A DNA stretch of 64,000 nt, taken from contig NW_026937104.1 of NCBI RefSeq assembly GCF_032062105.1, positions 124,001 through 188,000 on the forward strand, in the 5' to 3' direction. The notes below the pieces were generated by a model that did not search any database, was not told the origin of the DNA, and saw only the letters and a program-made list of their open reading frames with translations. The DNA comes from Saccostrea cucullata (Eukaryota). Below, piece by piece: positions 52,244 through 64,000 of this stretch (position 1 is its first letter; every line of letters begins with the position of its first letter). A program made the position numbers and the translations under genes.

Positions 52244-53631
52244 CCTCTATACTATAAAATATCCAAGGCCTGCAACTGGGCGCCATTGTGGTGCATGGGA
52301 CCTTGATGACTTACTTTAAGGGTTTCTGGGGTATACTGGGCTGGTTATCAGCATCGGGTACTGTAATTTATTGAAATAAAATATTTGCAAACTTTTATCC
52401 AGCACCATTCCGTTGCTTTCTCTTGTTTTCAAACATTTCTCTATTACACCGTCACACTTAGCTGATCTCGGCCGGAAGAAGTCGATTTCGTCGATTTTCA
52501 ACAACTCGTACGAAAATAACTTTCGGAAGTTTGACAATATTTGTGTGCTTGTTTCAGGATGGTGTATGTTGTGTATTATGTGTTTTTTGGTTTGTCTGAA
52601 TACCCTCATTAAATAAAAATGAAAACTCGCTGAAATTAGCACGTTTTAAAAATGTCATATGTACAGTATATATACTCTCATAGGCACGTACATGTAGCAT
52701 CGTTTTTGAAAGTGAGGGGGGGGGGGGGGCTGCTTGAGAGAAACATTTTTTTTTCACTTACCTGTAAAAGTTGACGAGCCGAAAAAAAAAACGCTCAAAC
52801 ACGAAAATCCTATTTTCAATAGTGGCCAATTTTTTTCAAAGCAAACTTCCTTTCACTTTCATTTTTTTTCCCATACAATAGTACATTTTCCTTCATATCG
52901 CAATACTATGGTAATAAGTGTGTGTGTGTGTGGGGGGGCAACCTACCTTTCAATGCACATTTTCAACAGTAAAGGTAATGTTGGGAAAAAAGTAGGGGCT
53001 GGCAACCCCCCCCCCCCCCCCCTTGTTGCTACGTGCCTGTCTAGCTCATACGGACTTGTGTAGAGAAAATAAATCAGTTAGAAAAATCAGTACCTCTTTC
53101 CGAGATAATATTTTTTATATTTTCTCAAAGAGTATCACAGGGGCTTGTGTACAGAAACAAAAAAAATGTACCCCAGAGAGAGAAAAAAAACTCCGAGGAA
53201 TATGACATTTTTAAAACGTGCTAATTTTCAGCGAGTTTTCATTTTTATTTAATGAGGGTATTCAGACAAACCAAAAAACACATAATACACAACATACACC
53301 ATCCTGAAACCAAGCGCCTATGTACTTTCCCCACTAAATATTGTCAAACTTCCGAAAGTTATTTTCGTACGAGTTGTTGAAAATCGACGAAATACTTCTT
53401 GCCGAGATCAGCTAAGTGTGACGGTGTAATAGAGAAATGTTTGAAAACAAGAGAAAGCAACGGAATGGTGCTGGATAAAAGTTTGCAAATATTTTATTTC
53501 AATAAATTAGAGTACCCGATGCTGATAACCAGCCCAGTATACCCCAGAAACCCTTAAAGTAGTCAGTAGGTCCCAGGCGAAATCCACAATGGCGCCCAGT
53601 TGCAGGCCTTGGATATTTTATAGTATAGAGG
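52244..53631. mobile_element. Foldback/MITE with ~415-bp inverted arms
   Basis: 52244-52660 is the reverse complement of about 53200-53631 (CCTCTATACTATAAAATATCCAAGG ... CCTTGGATATTTTATAGTATAGAGG). Confidence 0.88.
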
Positions 53632-53828
53632 GGGTAGACCTATATATACTTATCATACGTCATTTACAGAATTACATGGGGAGCGCCTATGGAATTACTA
53701 CATTTTTAGATCAAATGCCAAGGTCTTTACATTTACCATGTTTATGGTTACATTTCAGTAATTTAATTTAGAATTCAGAATTCAAAGCTTAAACCAAGTC
53801 TAAGAATGCATCCTTAACAGCTTAACAA

Positions 53829-54880
53829 GGCCAGCATTTTTTTATTTTTAGGTTTACAAACCCGCCGCTCAAGTTTTTGAATTTTCAGAAAAAAAATAAA
53901 ATTGAGAAAAACAGAATTTTTTCTTTCCGATGTCAAATTTATCGAGAATTCAAATTTACGAACTCATCCGGTTTTAAACATGGCGGGTAATCAATGAAGG
54001 GAGATTTGTGTCAAGTCCATAGCAGCACTAAATTTTTAATGTAAATATTTAATAGGAGGGCCATTCAAAACGTTTCACCCGTTCAGAGAACAATAAAATG
54101 CTGACGACTTTGTTGCAAAGTGACATGTTGGTGAGATAATTATGTATCCGTATTCAAAAGTAACTGTCTGTAATTGTAAATTATTTTCCTCCCACAGGTT
54201 TAAAACTGCCCATGGTAGCTATTGTCAGAGACATTGTTTAGGTTTCTGTCATAGCTTACAGTCTTAGCATCATTCTTAGAAAAAGTTTCAAAGTTGCATG
54301 AACATTGAGGAAGAAATAAAGAATAGCCTAAAGAAATGAAATATTTCAACTATTAAAAAGCAAGACTATACAAATATATACAGGCATGTAATATCGTTTG
54401 TGGCAGCCAGAAAAATTATTTTACCCTAAACTGAAAAAAATTCCATTTTTACTCCTCAATATGTCTGTTTTATGAAAGGAATTATTACTTTTAAAGGTCT
54501 CAAGTATATTAATATTTTAGAATAATTTCTACCTAACACACATTAAAAACAAAAATGAAGATATATTAAAAGAGATTTAAAAAAAATGATTTTTAAAAAA
54601 AAAAAAAATCTGTATTTTGTCCAACATCAAAAGATTTATATCACTGCCCCCAACAACAGGTAGATGATGAAATAAAGAATTAAAGTTGTATTTTCCCCTT
54701 TGTAACCCTTATGCGTCCAGTGGCAAGAAGCCTGTTAGGAGAGCATAAAAAAGAAGCAAAAATTAATGTAGAAAAGTCGATAATGTATCCAAAATATAAT
54801 TTTATTTTTTTTTATTTCCTCCTCCTACGGGACTTTTTCATTCTGATGTTCGTAAACCTAAAAATAAAAAAATGCTGGCC
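53829..54880. mobile_element. Non-autonomous TIR element
   Basis: GGCCAGCATTTTTTTATTTTTAGGTTTACAAAC ... GTTCGTAAACCTAAAAATAAAAAATGCTGGCC. Confidence 0.75.
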
Positions 54881-57800
54881 CAACTTAGATAAACAGACAA
54901 ACAGACAGGAACAGCACTAATTGCTTTACAAGCTGGCTGACATTTCAATATTTCACTTATCAATTTTTTGTGTATTTAAGCAGCATTTTTCATAACTACA
55001 ATAAGGACATAGTGCAGCTTACTAAGAACATGTAAGTACTTCCTCAGTTTATTTTATATGTTATATATTACATGTACTAAGTAAATATTGCTGTGTGAGA
55101 ATTCCTCATAGCTCAGAAGAACTAAGCTCAGCTCAGCACACTTTTCTGAATGTTCAGGAGTGGCCAACACTATTGAAAAAAGATACATGTACAAAATGCC
55201 AGTAAATCTATGCAAGCAGGATCTTGTTACTATTACCATGGTAATTATGCTTAACATGAATTAGATACCACTTAACATATTAAAACTATATTAAAGAATT
55301 GATCAACAGCATTTTAAGATTATCAAGAATTAGACAGTCATAAATATTTAGAGTTGTGCCAGGTTAGTATCAAATAATGGTACAAATAGAAGTGGTTACC
55401 AGCACTGACCAAGCAGAGGGAATAAGATAATGGTCCTATAGCAAACTCATCAAAACTTATCTCAGACTGGATAACGTTCATCTTCCTAGGAAATCCTAAC
55501 ATCTTATCAAATTCACTGTTTACCAAACTCCTCAATATCAGCTCAAACAATACCGTTATATTAATGGAGCTTTCCACAATCATCTCTCCAAAGGAAAATC
55601 CATGAATTTTTCATGCTCGCCAACAGTGAAAACTGGAGATGATTTCTGACTCTTGCTTCAGCAATATTTCCCAGAGTGAGAGCCCAGTCTGCAGTAGATA
55701 TATATATATATACACTCCTAAGTAAACAAGTGGTGAAACCATCCACATGAATATTCACCAAGTGCCCGATCAGTTACTCTTTTGATGTTGGAGATTATTT
55801 GTGAATGCATTACATACATTTAATGTACACAATAACCAGAACTGACACATTCAGTTTATATATCATACCTGTAGTGCATTACATGTTGTATTCATAAAGC
55901 ATACACAGCGAGATGTTCTACATTAAAGAGATAAAGGAGGATCATATATACGCTACAGGGACCCCTCTAGTTAATTGATAGTATACAATCAATCCCAGAA
56001 AGAGGAGAAAAAGAAACAAACTCAGATAAAAATTTATGACCGCAGGAGGCATGTGTACACAATGTTTAGAAATATTTAAACCTTTAGCAAACTTTATTGG
56101 TGTTATAAAAATAACAGGGGGGACAGGGAGAATTTCCATTAAATGTTTTCCCATCATACAATTAGAATAAAAACAATTTATTTACATAGTGAATGTATAA
56201 ACTGCTTTTTAAATGTCAAAACACTAAAAAAAAATTTGATTATTCATGGTTAGGAAATTATATTGCCCTCATTAAGTTTGTTTCATCTGTATATTGCTGT
56301 GATTCATGTCTTGTTAATTAAGCACAGTCTCTCAGTGGGGCAGGTCTCTCTGTGCAGCACAGCATCAATTTGTTTGGTAAATTAAAGTTTCACAAGGCCA
56401 TTTTCTAATGTGTGCATTAATTTATGTTCTATAGAGGTTCTATAGATAGAACTATAGATAGAACCTATTCATTTTTTATTTTCATTTTGAAGATTTCTTG
56501 ATGATGTTCCATAAGGGAGCTTATCTTGATTAATTTGAACAAATCTGCATGCCCTTCATATGAAAAGTTTACAGACCTGATCAATTCTCAGATAGCCACT
56601 GGGGCATTACTAAGGTGCGTACAAGACAATGACAACAATTTTTAATCAGCCATTGGCTCAGAGGACCTTAATAATGAAGCTCTTTCAATGGATGAAAAAT
56701 ACTTAATCAATTCAACAGAATTTACCTGTATTCCTCTCTCTCTACCTTCTTTGTCCTTGGAAATAAGAAATATCAATTACATATTTCTCAGAATACATAC
56801 TGAAAATAAAAATGAATAATCAATGTTCAGATATCAAACCAACTGAGAGCTATTGGAATGAGGAAGAAACCCTAGCCACTTCATCTCTCTAGTCCTCTAC
56901 AGAGAATCCTTCAATAAACACGCCCCTCAGCTCTTATTCTGCTGACTCGGGAATAATCCCCTCACAATTAAAATTCACACAATAATAAAGGCAAAATGAA
57001 GGGACTTTCATCTAATAATCAAGACCTCTGTGTTATTGCAGCCCGGAGGACCAGGCTGCTCTATACATATAAGTTTAATTGTTGGTGTATGGGGATTGGT
57101 GTGGGAGTAGTTATTCAGAATTAATGGTTTTTTAAACACTGAATTGTTTGTTAATCAGAATGTTCTTTCCCTTTATAAATTACGAGATACATAATATCTT
57201 TACGTCCATAAAGTGAATCTGTAAAAATATATATGTTTTTCATATTTAATATGTAAAGTTGCTAATCATTTACTATCGAAAAAACGACAGGTCCCTTTTT
57301 TTAGAATATCAAATTTTTATTCTCGCATAAAAACGTACTATGCACGGTTCGTGTTTTATATTCTAAAATTGTAAATTAAATACATTTTTGAATATAGGTG
57401 ATGCATGTGTCTAACTTAAATTTATATTTTATGCAGCCAACATTTACTTGAGGAATTGATCAAGTTTAAAATGGTATCGTTTTGGTATGATTTTTATCCG
57501 ACTATAAGTTTTCAAAATATTCGCGACTGTCGTCTCCATCAATTAGATGCATGTCTTTTCACATATATCAAAGCGGTTTGATGATCAAGACTCATTTTCA
57601 TTGTTTACTTTATATATTTCCCGGGCGACAATTGATGGGTACATCAATGTTTTCTTGTATGTAATGTACCAGGTATATTAATTAAGAGTGAAACGATTCA
57701 CTGTGGTATGCATTTTCTTCTTGCAAAGAACAACAACTGAGCATAGGTACATGTATTATGTTTATATGATGTGTTTATGCGTATACGAATTTAGTGATGA

Positions 57801-59064
57801 TATAATTGGTTGAACACAACTGTGACAAAAAGCGAGCTTCTGCTCCAAGAGCCCCACAAGAAACCATCACGTATGACCCTTCTCTTCCCACCCTCAGACG
57901 AACATGGCCGATGTGACAGAAGACAACAAAGATGTCTGAATCAGATGCTGACCACCATTTACAGGTTAACTTGTAACAATACAGCTTCCAAGTTCCAAGT
58001 CAAACATTTTTTTACAGTCTAAACAATCATTGCATTTTTTTTTTAAAAACTCATTTATACCTATCCTGATGGTTTTCTTTTAAAATTCAAATCATATTTC
58101 AAAGGAGAAAACATTATCACTTATGTTTTCAGACCTCTAGGAATACTATAAGTTCAAACTCATTTGACAACTTCAATATTTGTCCTGTATATCAACAGAA
58201 GATTCAATCTCTCTCTCAATATGCAGTCATTCAGTGCACATTTTTTCCCCAAAAGCTACCAGAGAATAATGTTTCCATCAGGATTTTGTCACAATTCTTT
58301 ACAATCTTTTTTCCTGCCTACTTTTTACAGTGCCAAGTATCTGCTTGGATGTGTTAATTTCAATCAACCATTGACCACTTGCATGCTATTTTCTCATTTA
58401 ACAAAGTCCATTTATAGGATGTAGTTCAGTGCTGCTGAGACTTAACTTGGTGGGTGATGGATTTTATAGCCCACATATCTGCAATTCAAACCCTGATGCG
58501 TTTTTAAATCTGGCATGTTTTTTTTTTAGATGCAAATGAAGATATTTCTATGTTCACACTTTTTTCATGCAACATGGCATCCAGTAGCAGATTTATAGGG
58601 GGAAAAGGCTCATTTTACCCTCCAACAGCACTACATCCAGTACCCTCTGGACCCCACTAGGGTTTTGCCCTGGACCCTCCCCCCCCCCTCCCCCCCCCCC
58701 CCGAGAACCTCAAGGCTGCCCCCAGACAACCTGCCTCCTTATTGCACCGACCTTAAATTCAATTCCTGAATACAAACAGCAGGAAAAAAATTGTTTACAT
58801 TATTAACATTCAAAGATTATTTATACCATTTTGTAATTAAGAACATCAGCATTCAATTTCTTTGAATCAATGAGAGGGTTTTAATTGTTAATAATTTGTG
58901 GTACAATTGAATTGTCTACAAAAATTCACACTCATGTCCTTTACAAAAGTTTGAAATTATTGCCTATATATCTATCATAAATGAAAGGGTCGCCTGCATG
59001 GCGCAGTGGATATCATGTCCTCTACAAAAGTTTGAAATTATTGCCTATCTATCACAAATGAAAG

Positions 59065-59473
59065 GGTCGCCTGCGTGGCGCAGTGGATAGAGCGTCTGCT
59101 CTAGAGTCACAAAGTAAGGAGTTCATCCTTACGTAGCTGCAATAATGTAGCCCTCTCCCTTTTTTTTTTTTTTTTTTTGGGAGAAAACATCAGATTAAAA
59201 AAATCGGAGAGGGCTACATTATTGCAGCTAATCCTTACGTAGCAGGTTCGTATCTTGCTGTGGGATGTGGAGACTGGTCCTTTGGATGAGACCGTGTACA
59301 CCGAGGTCCCGTGTCACAGTAGGTGCTGGCACGAAAAAGATCCCTCACTGCTCAATGGCCCTGAGTGCCAATATAGGACAATATTTGCAGTTCTCCACCC
59401 AGCAAGTGTTGGCGTCTCCATATAGTAAAAAATTCTCAAGAGGGACGTTAAACAAACATACAAACAAATAAAG
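59065..59473 (+). mobile_element. tRNA-derived Meta-domain SINE, full length, with 11-bp TSD
   Basis: A box TGGCGCAGTGG, B-box-like GGTTCGTATC, Meta core GAGGTCCCGTGTCACAGTAGGTG..GGCACGAAAAAGATCCCTCACTGCTCAATGGCC, (AAAC)n tail; TSD ACAAATGAAAG at 59054-59064 and 59474-59484. Confidence 0.85.
59134..59230. mobile_element. 97-bp MITE with 25-bp perfect TIR and 9-bp TSD, inserted in the SINE head
   Basis: ATCCTTACG|TAGCTGCAATAATGTAGCCCTCTCC ... GGAGAGGGCTACATTATTGCAGCTA|ATCCTTACG. Confidence 0.9.
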
Positions 59474-60490
59474 ACAAATGAAAGCGTTTCCTCCAACAAC
59501 AAAATAATTACCCTGTAAAAATAAATTATCTTACGTCAAAGAATTTGAGATGCAAGACTTTCATTCATGCTTTTGACAATAGAAATGATGAAAATATATA
59601 CTTTTATATTCATTACCAAAATATATCATGTATGATATTCCAATAAATGTATAGACTTGCAGAAATTTGCATTAATAATATACTCTCTAATTGAATGATA
59701 GTGTGATAAAACCTTTGTTTACGAGTCCTAAAATACCCCAGCATCCTACACCTCGTACCATTAAACCGTCCTCATCAAAAGAGATAATTATATCTTGAGA
59801 GAAAGTACATCAACAATACAATGCCTTTCTACCGACTAATTTGTGGTTCAATTTCCTCTTATATATATGTATATATGTGTACTTAATACTGTCATAAAAA
59901 AACCTCCCTAGTTGATCACAGAGTGACAGAAGCTTCTGACGAAGATCAATAGCTTTTTTAATATTTTCTCTGAATTACAGGTTTGGAAACAAAGTTCATT
60001 GCTTTTCTGATTCCATGAATAGTAGGGATTTTTCAAACAAAACCTCTTTAATGAAATAATAAATTATAATCAACAGTCTCTTGATGGAAGAAGATTATTG
60101 GTTAACTTGAAATATAATGAAAAAAATAAATTAAAATAGTGAAATTCAATGTAAAACTCTAAAGTTGTATTTTTTAAAAAGATTATTATCTTGACTATGA
60201 ATAAGTTATGAATTACATAATGTAAATGATCTTGCTGTATGTGGTGACTTTAAGGAAAACATGTGAGAATGATAAGTTGTATAGAGAAGTATAGGCAATT
60301 ATTTGTGATCTTGATTTACTTAAATATGCAATGTGTATGCTATGATTTTCTGTACTATTCTGAATTATTTGTGTACCATATTTTAATAAGAGAAAACAAA
60401 ATTCTCTGAATAATCATCACTGAAACCCCTCATTTCTCATTCATTGCTGCTTTACATGAATATCATTATGATAAATTCCTGCAAGTAAGC

Positions 60491-63400
60491 TATGGAACGC
60501 CATAGCTGCCTTAAGGTATGGTACATAATGTAATATGGTGTGTTCTATATAATAAAGGGTTGAATCAATATAATAAATGGTCACCACTTCTTGTTTAAGG
60601 GTGAAGCGCACATAATACATGGTGCGTTCAATATAATAAAGGGTCGGTTCTTTATGTTACATGGTCACCACTCCTTGTTATACGGTGAAAGATACATTAT
60701 AAATGGTGTGTTTAATATAATAAAGGGTCGGTTTAATGTGTTATATGGTCACCACTCCTTGTTATCGGGTGATAGGTGTATAAATGGTGCATTCAATATA
60801 ATAACGGGTCGGTTTAATATGTTAAAAGGTCGCCGCTACTTGTTATAGGGTGAAGTATACAAATTAAATGGTGCATTCGATATAATAACGAGTCGGTTTA
60901 ATATGTTAAATGGTCGCCGCTACTTGTTATGGGGTGAAGTATACAAATTAAATGGTGCATTCAATATAATAACGGGTCGGTTTACTATGTTAAATGGTCG
61001 CCGCTACTTGTTATGGGGTGAAGTATACAAATAAAATGGTGCATTTGATATAATAACGGGTCGGTTTAATATGTTAAATGGTCGCCGCTACTTGTTATAG
61101 GGTGAAGTATACAAATTATATGGTGCATTCAATATAATAAAAGATCTGTTTACTATGTTAAATGGTCACCGCTTCTTATTATACTGTGAAAGATTCAAAA
61201 TAAATGGTGCATTCAATATAATAACGGGTCAGTATACTATGTTAAATTGTCGCCGCTACTTGTTATGGGGTGAAGTATACAAATTAAATTGTGCATTCGA
61301 TATAATAACGGGTCGGTTTACTATGTTAAATGGTCACCGCTACTTGTTTTAGAGTCAATAGTAGATAAATGGTGTGTTCTACAAAGTAAATGGTTGGTTT
61401 ACCATGTTAAATGGTTACTGCTACTCGAAATAGGATAAAAGGCACATAATAAATATTTAAAATAAGTTAAATAACACATTAAAAAATGCGTCAAGTACAA
61501 TTATCATTGTTCAGCTAATTTTACATGGTTTCAAAAAATGCACATTAAATATTAGCTATGATAAATAAATTAACTGGTGTTAGAGAGGGATTTCAATGGC
61601 ACAGTTCTCCTTTAGTATTCTTATTTAAAGATAAAAAAAAAAGGAAGAAAGAAATTAAGAATGAGTAATCCGAGTGAAAATTTGCAAAGAAAATGGGACG
61701 AACTTATCCTTTGTAGAACTGACTGATCGAACAAAAATGTCTCGTATTTTTAAATGTTTATCACTATCAAGTACGATTGCCAAAAAAAAAAAAAAAAACA
61801 ACAACAACAACAAACAGCTAATGGTAGGGGAGGGAGAGCTAAGTGTCAGGCGCGGATCCGGTCCAGGAATTTTTTTTCCAGGGGAGGGGTCCACCCCAGT
61901 AAGAGAAACATTCATTCCTGACATCACTTGACAAGCAAAAAAAAAAAAACAAAAACAAAACTGTTTTTCAAATGTGAAAAAACTATTTCCGGGAGGCGCA
62001 CCTCTAGACCCTCGCAAGAGTGTTACATGTACTTCTCTTTTTTCCGTATGTTTAACGAAGGGGGGGGGGGTGTAAAAATTGAAAGGCGTCAATAATTTAC
62101 AGGCTTAAAGTTGACAAACTATTGGGGGATTTAGGATCTTTCTCTAACTTTCGAAATATTCTTAATTAAATACTTTAAAGTGGGACAAACTTTACTTCAA
62201 CCAAGCTGCAACAAAAATTGTGTGTGTGGGAGGGGGGAGCGGCTTTAGAATGAAAAATATTCATATTAAATCAAAGCGGTGCGCTTTCCCCCTCGTAACA
62301 CAGACTTACATAGATATCTTGATATTTTATTGTTTCAGATTAAATTTACTAATTCTGAGATGTGATGGGGGTGGGGGTTGTTTGCTTGTTTTTTCTATTT
62401 TTATTGTTTGCTTTTTTTCTTTTGAAACTATGTAAAATTAGCTACACAATTTGACACATCTTTACCCTTTTTTGTATATTTCACCCTATAAAAGGTAGCA
62501 GTGACCATTTAAGGTCATACGCAACGTAGTTTGAACTTTATTGGGTTCTTCCCTGGAGTTGAAGAGTTCCACTATATGAAGGATATGTGTGGAATATTTT
62601 TAAAGTCGATATATGGATTTTTTCACCTCTTCTAAAATAATTTTTGATGAAAAAAAAATCTGGGAGTTATGTTTTGTAATTTTGGTTCATTTTTCTTTGA
62701 TTAATACAATTGAAAAAAAAATTGATATCTTTTCAAAACCCCTGGTAACGCATGCTGATTTTTTGTCAAAGAACATGTAATTGTATTATAAGTTTAAATT
62801 TAGAATATCTTGAAAAAATATCAGTAGGTAAGGTACGTTACGTATGTCCTTTACATGACAAACCGACCCTTTATTATACTGAATGCACCATTTAATTTGT
62901 ACATGTATATACTTCACCATATAACAAGTAACGGCGACCATTTAACATAGTAAACCGACCCGTTATTATATCGAATGCACCATTTAATTTGTATACTTCA
63001 CCCTATAACAAGTAGCGGCGACCATTTAACATAGTAAACCGACCCATTATTATATCGAATTCACCATTTAGTTTGTAAACTTCACCCTATTACAAGTAGC
63101 GGCGACCATTTAACGTAGTAAACCGACCCGTTATTATATCGAATGCACCATTTAATTTGTATACATCACCCTATAACAAGTAGCGGTGACCATATAACAT
63201 AGTAAACCGACCCATTATTATATCGAATGCACCATTTAATTTGTATACTTCACCCTATAACAAGTAGCGGCGACCATTTAACACAGTAAACCGACCCGTT
63301 ATTATATCGAATGCACCATTTAATTTGTATACTTCACCCTGTAACAAGTCGCGGCGACCATTTAGCATTTAAACCGACCCTTTATTATACTGAATGCACC

Positions 63401-63614
63401 ATTTATTTTGAATCTTTCACAGTATAATAAAAAGCGGTGACCATTTAACATAGCAAACAGACCCTTTATTATATCAAACGCACCATGTATTATGTGCGGT
63501 TCACCCTTTAACAAGAAGTGGTGACCATTTATTATATTGATTCAACCCTTTATTTTATAGAACACACCATGTAATATTATGTACCATACCTTAAGGCAGC
63601 TATGGCGTTCCATA
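60491..63614. mobile_element. 3.1-kb foldback element with tandem-repeat arms and 6-bp TSD
   Basis: GTAAGC|TATGGAACGCCATAGCTGCCTTAAGGTATGGTACATAAT ... ATTATGTACCATACCTTAAGGCAGCTATGGCGTTCCATA|GTAAGC. The arms (about 60491-61450 and 62855-63614) are inverted arrays of an 84-bp unit. Confidence 0.88.
62509..62853. mobile_element. MITE nested in the foldback element
   Basis: TTAAGGTCATACGCAACGTA ... TACGTTACGTATGTCCTTTA. Confidence 0.6.
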
Positions 63615-64000
63615 GTAAGCTGTCAAAAATTCTTCTATCATGTCTATCCATATTGTTGCAGAAAAAGGAAGAAAATGAGTTCAACAAGCACAGAAATCAC
63701 CAAGTAAAATCAAGGTGCCCATAGGAAAAACTTTCAAAGATCCTATTTTCACAGAGGTTTCACAGAGGTTTATTTTCTCACAGGTGGTGCAACAATATAG
63801 ACAGGATTTCGAACCTAATAATCAGACATTTAAAACTGCAGCATTAAAACAAATAGATTTAATAATTCCTTGTTGCCACAGTAACACTGAAAGATTTAAT
63901 TCTTCTGTGCTCACAACTTCTAATGGGAAGATTTTTTTTATTTATTGTCCCAATGGTTTCATGTTCCTGCAGTGCCATAGAAAGGCAAAATAAAATTGCA

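Noticed and set aside
55338-55761. Possible alternative N-terminal coding exon of PKC
   Set aside because: In-frame TAATAA upstream of the PKC ATG within exon 39673-39841 blocks any N-terminal extension, and no domain is recognisable.
59065-59260. tRNA gene
   Set aside because: The A and B boxes belong to a SINE head followed by a Meta core, tail and TSD; the cloverleaf is disrupted by a MITE.
60591-61352. Repetitive ORFs in the foldback arm
   Set aside because: Products of the 84-bp repeat, broken by frequent stops.
63715-63993. 92-aa ORF at the right edge
   Set aside because: GTG start, no recognisable motif and no convincing splice context; it cannot be supported from this window.

Overview
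AT-rich eukaryotic DNA, most likely a bivalve such as an oyster, judging by the repeat families. I could build two spliced minus-strand genes by hand from GT/AG sites and reading phase. (1) A complete novel protein kinase C of the delta/theta type, CDS 39796 to 13645, with 16 core exons plus a probable 33-nt microexon (680 or 691 aa). Probable non-coding 5' exons lie further upstream. (2) At the left edge, a gene the ORF track misses: TATA box, signal peptide exon, two microexons, then a repetitive RRRPPP/acidic exon that runs off the window. It looks like an unrecognised secreted polyampholyte protein. Between the genes are a head-to-head inverted pair of Neptune-type Penelope retroelements inside (TA)n, each ending in a minimal hammerhead ribozyme, three Naiad-like Penelope RT remnants, and a CR1-type LINE tail. 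The PKC introns and upstream region hold many MITEs, Helentron-like satellite carriers, Meta-domain SINEs, minisatellites and a 3.1-kb foldback with 84-bp (4x21) higher-order repeats. Three kinase-domain exons each have their 3' end and splice donor tandemly re-copied into the next intron. Coordinates were counted by eye; repeat family names come from recalled motifs, not database searches.
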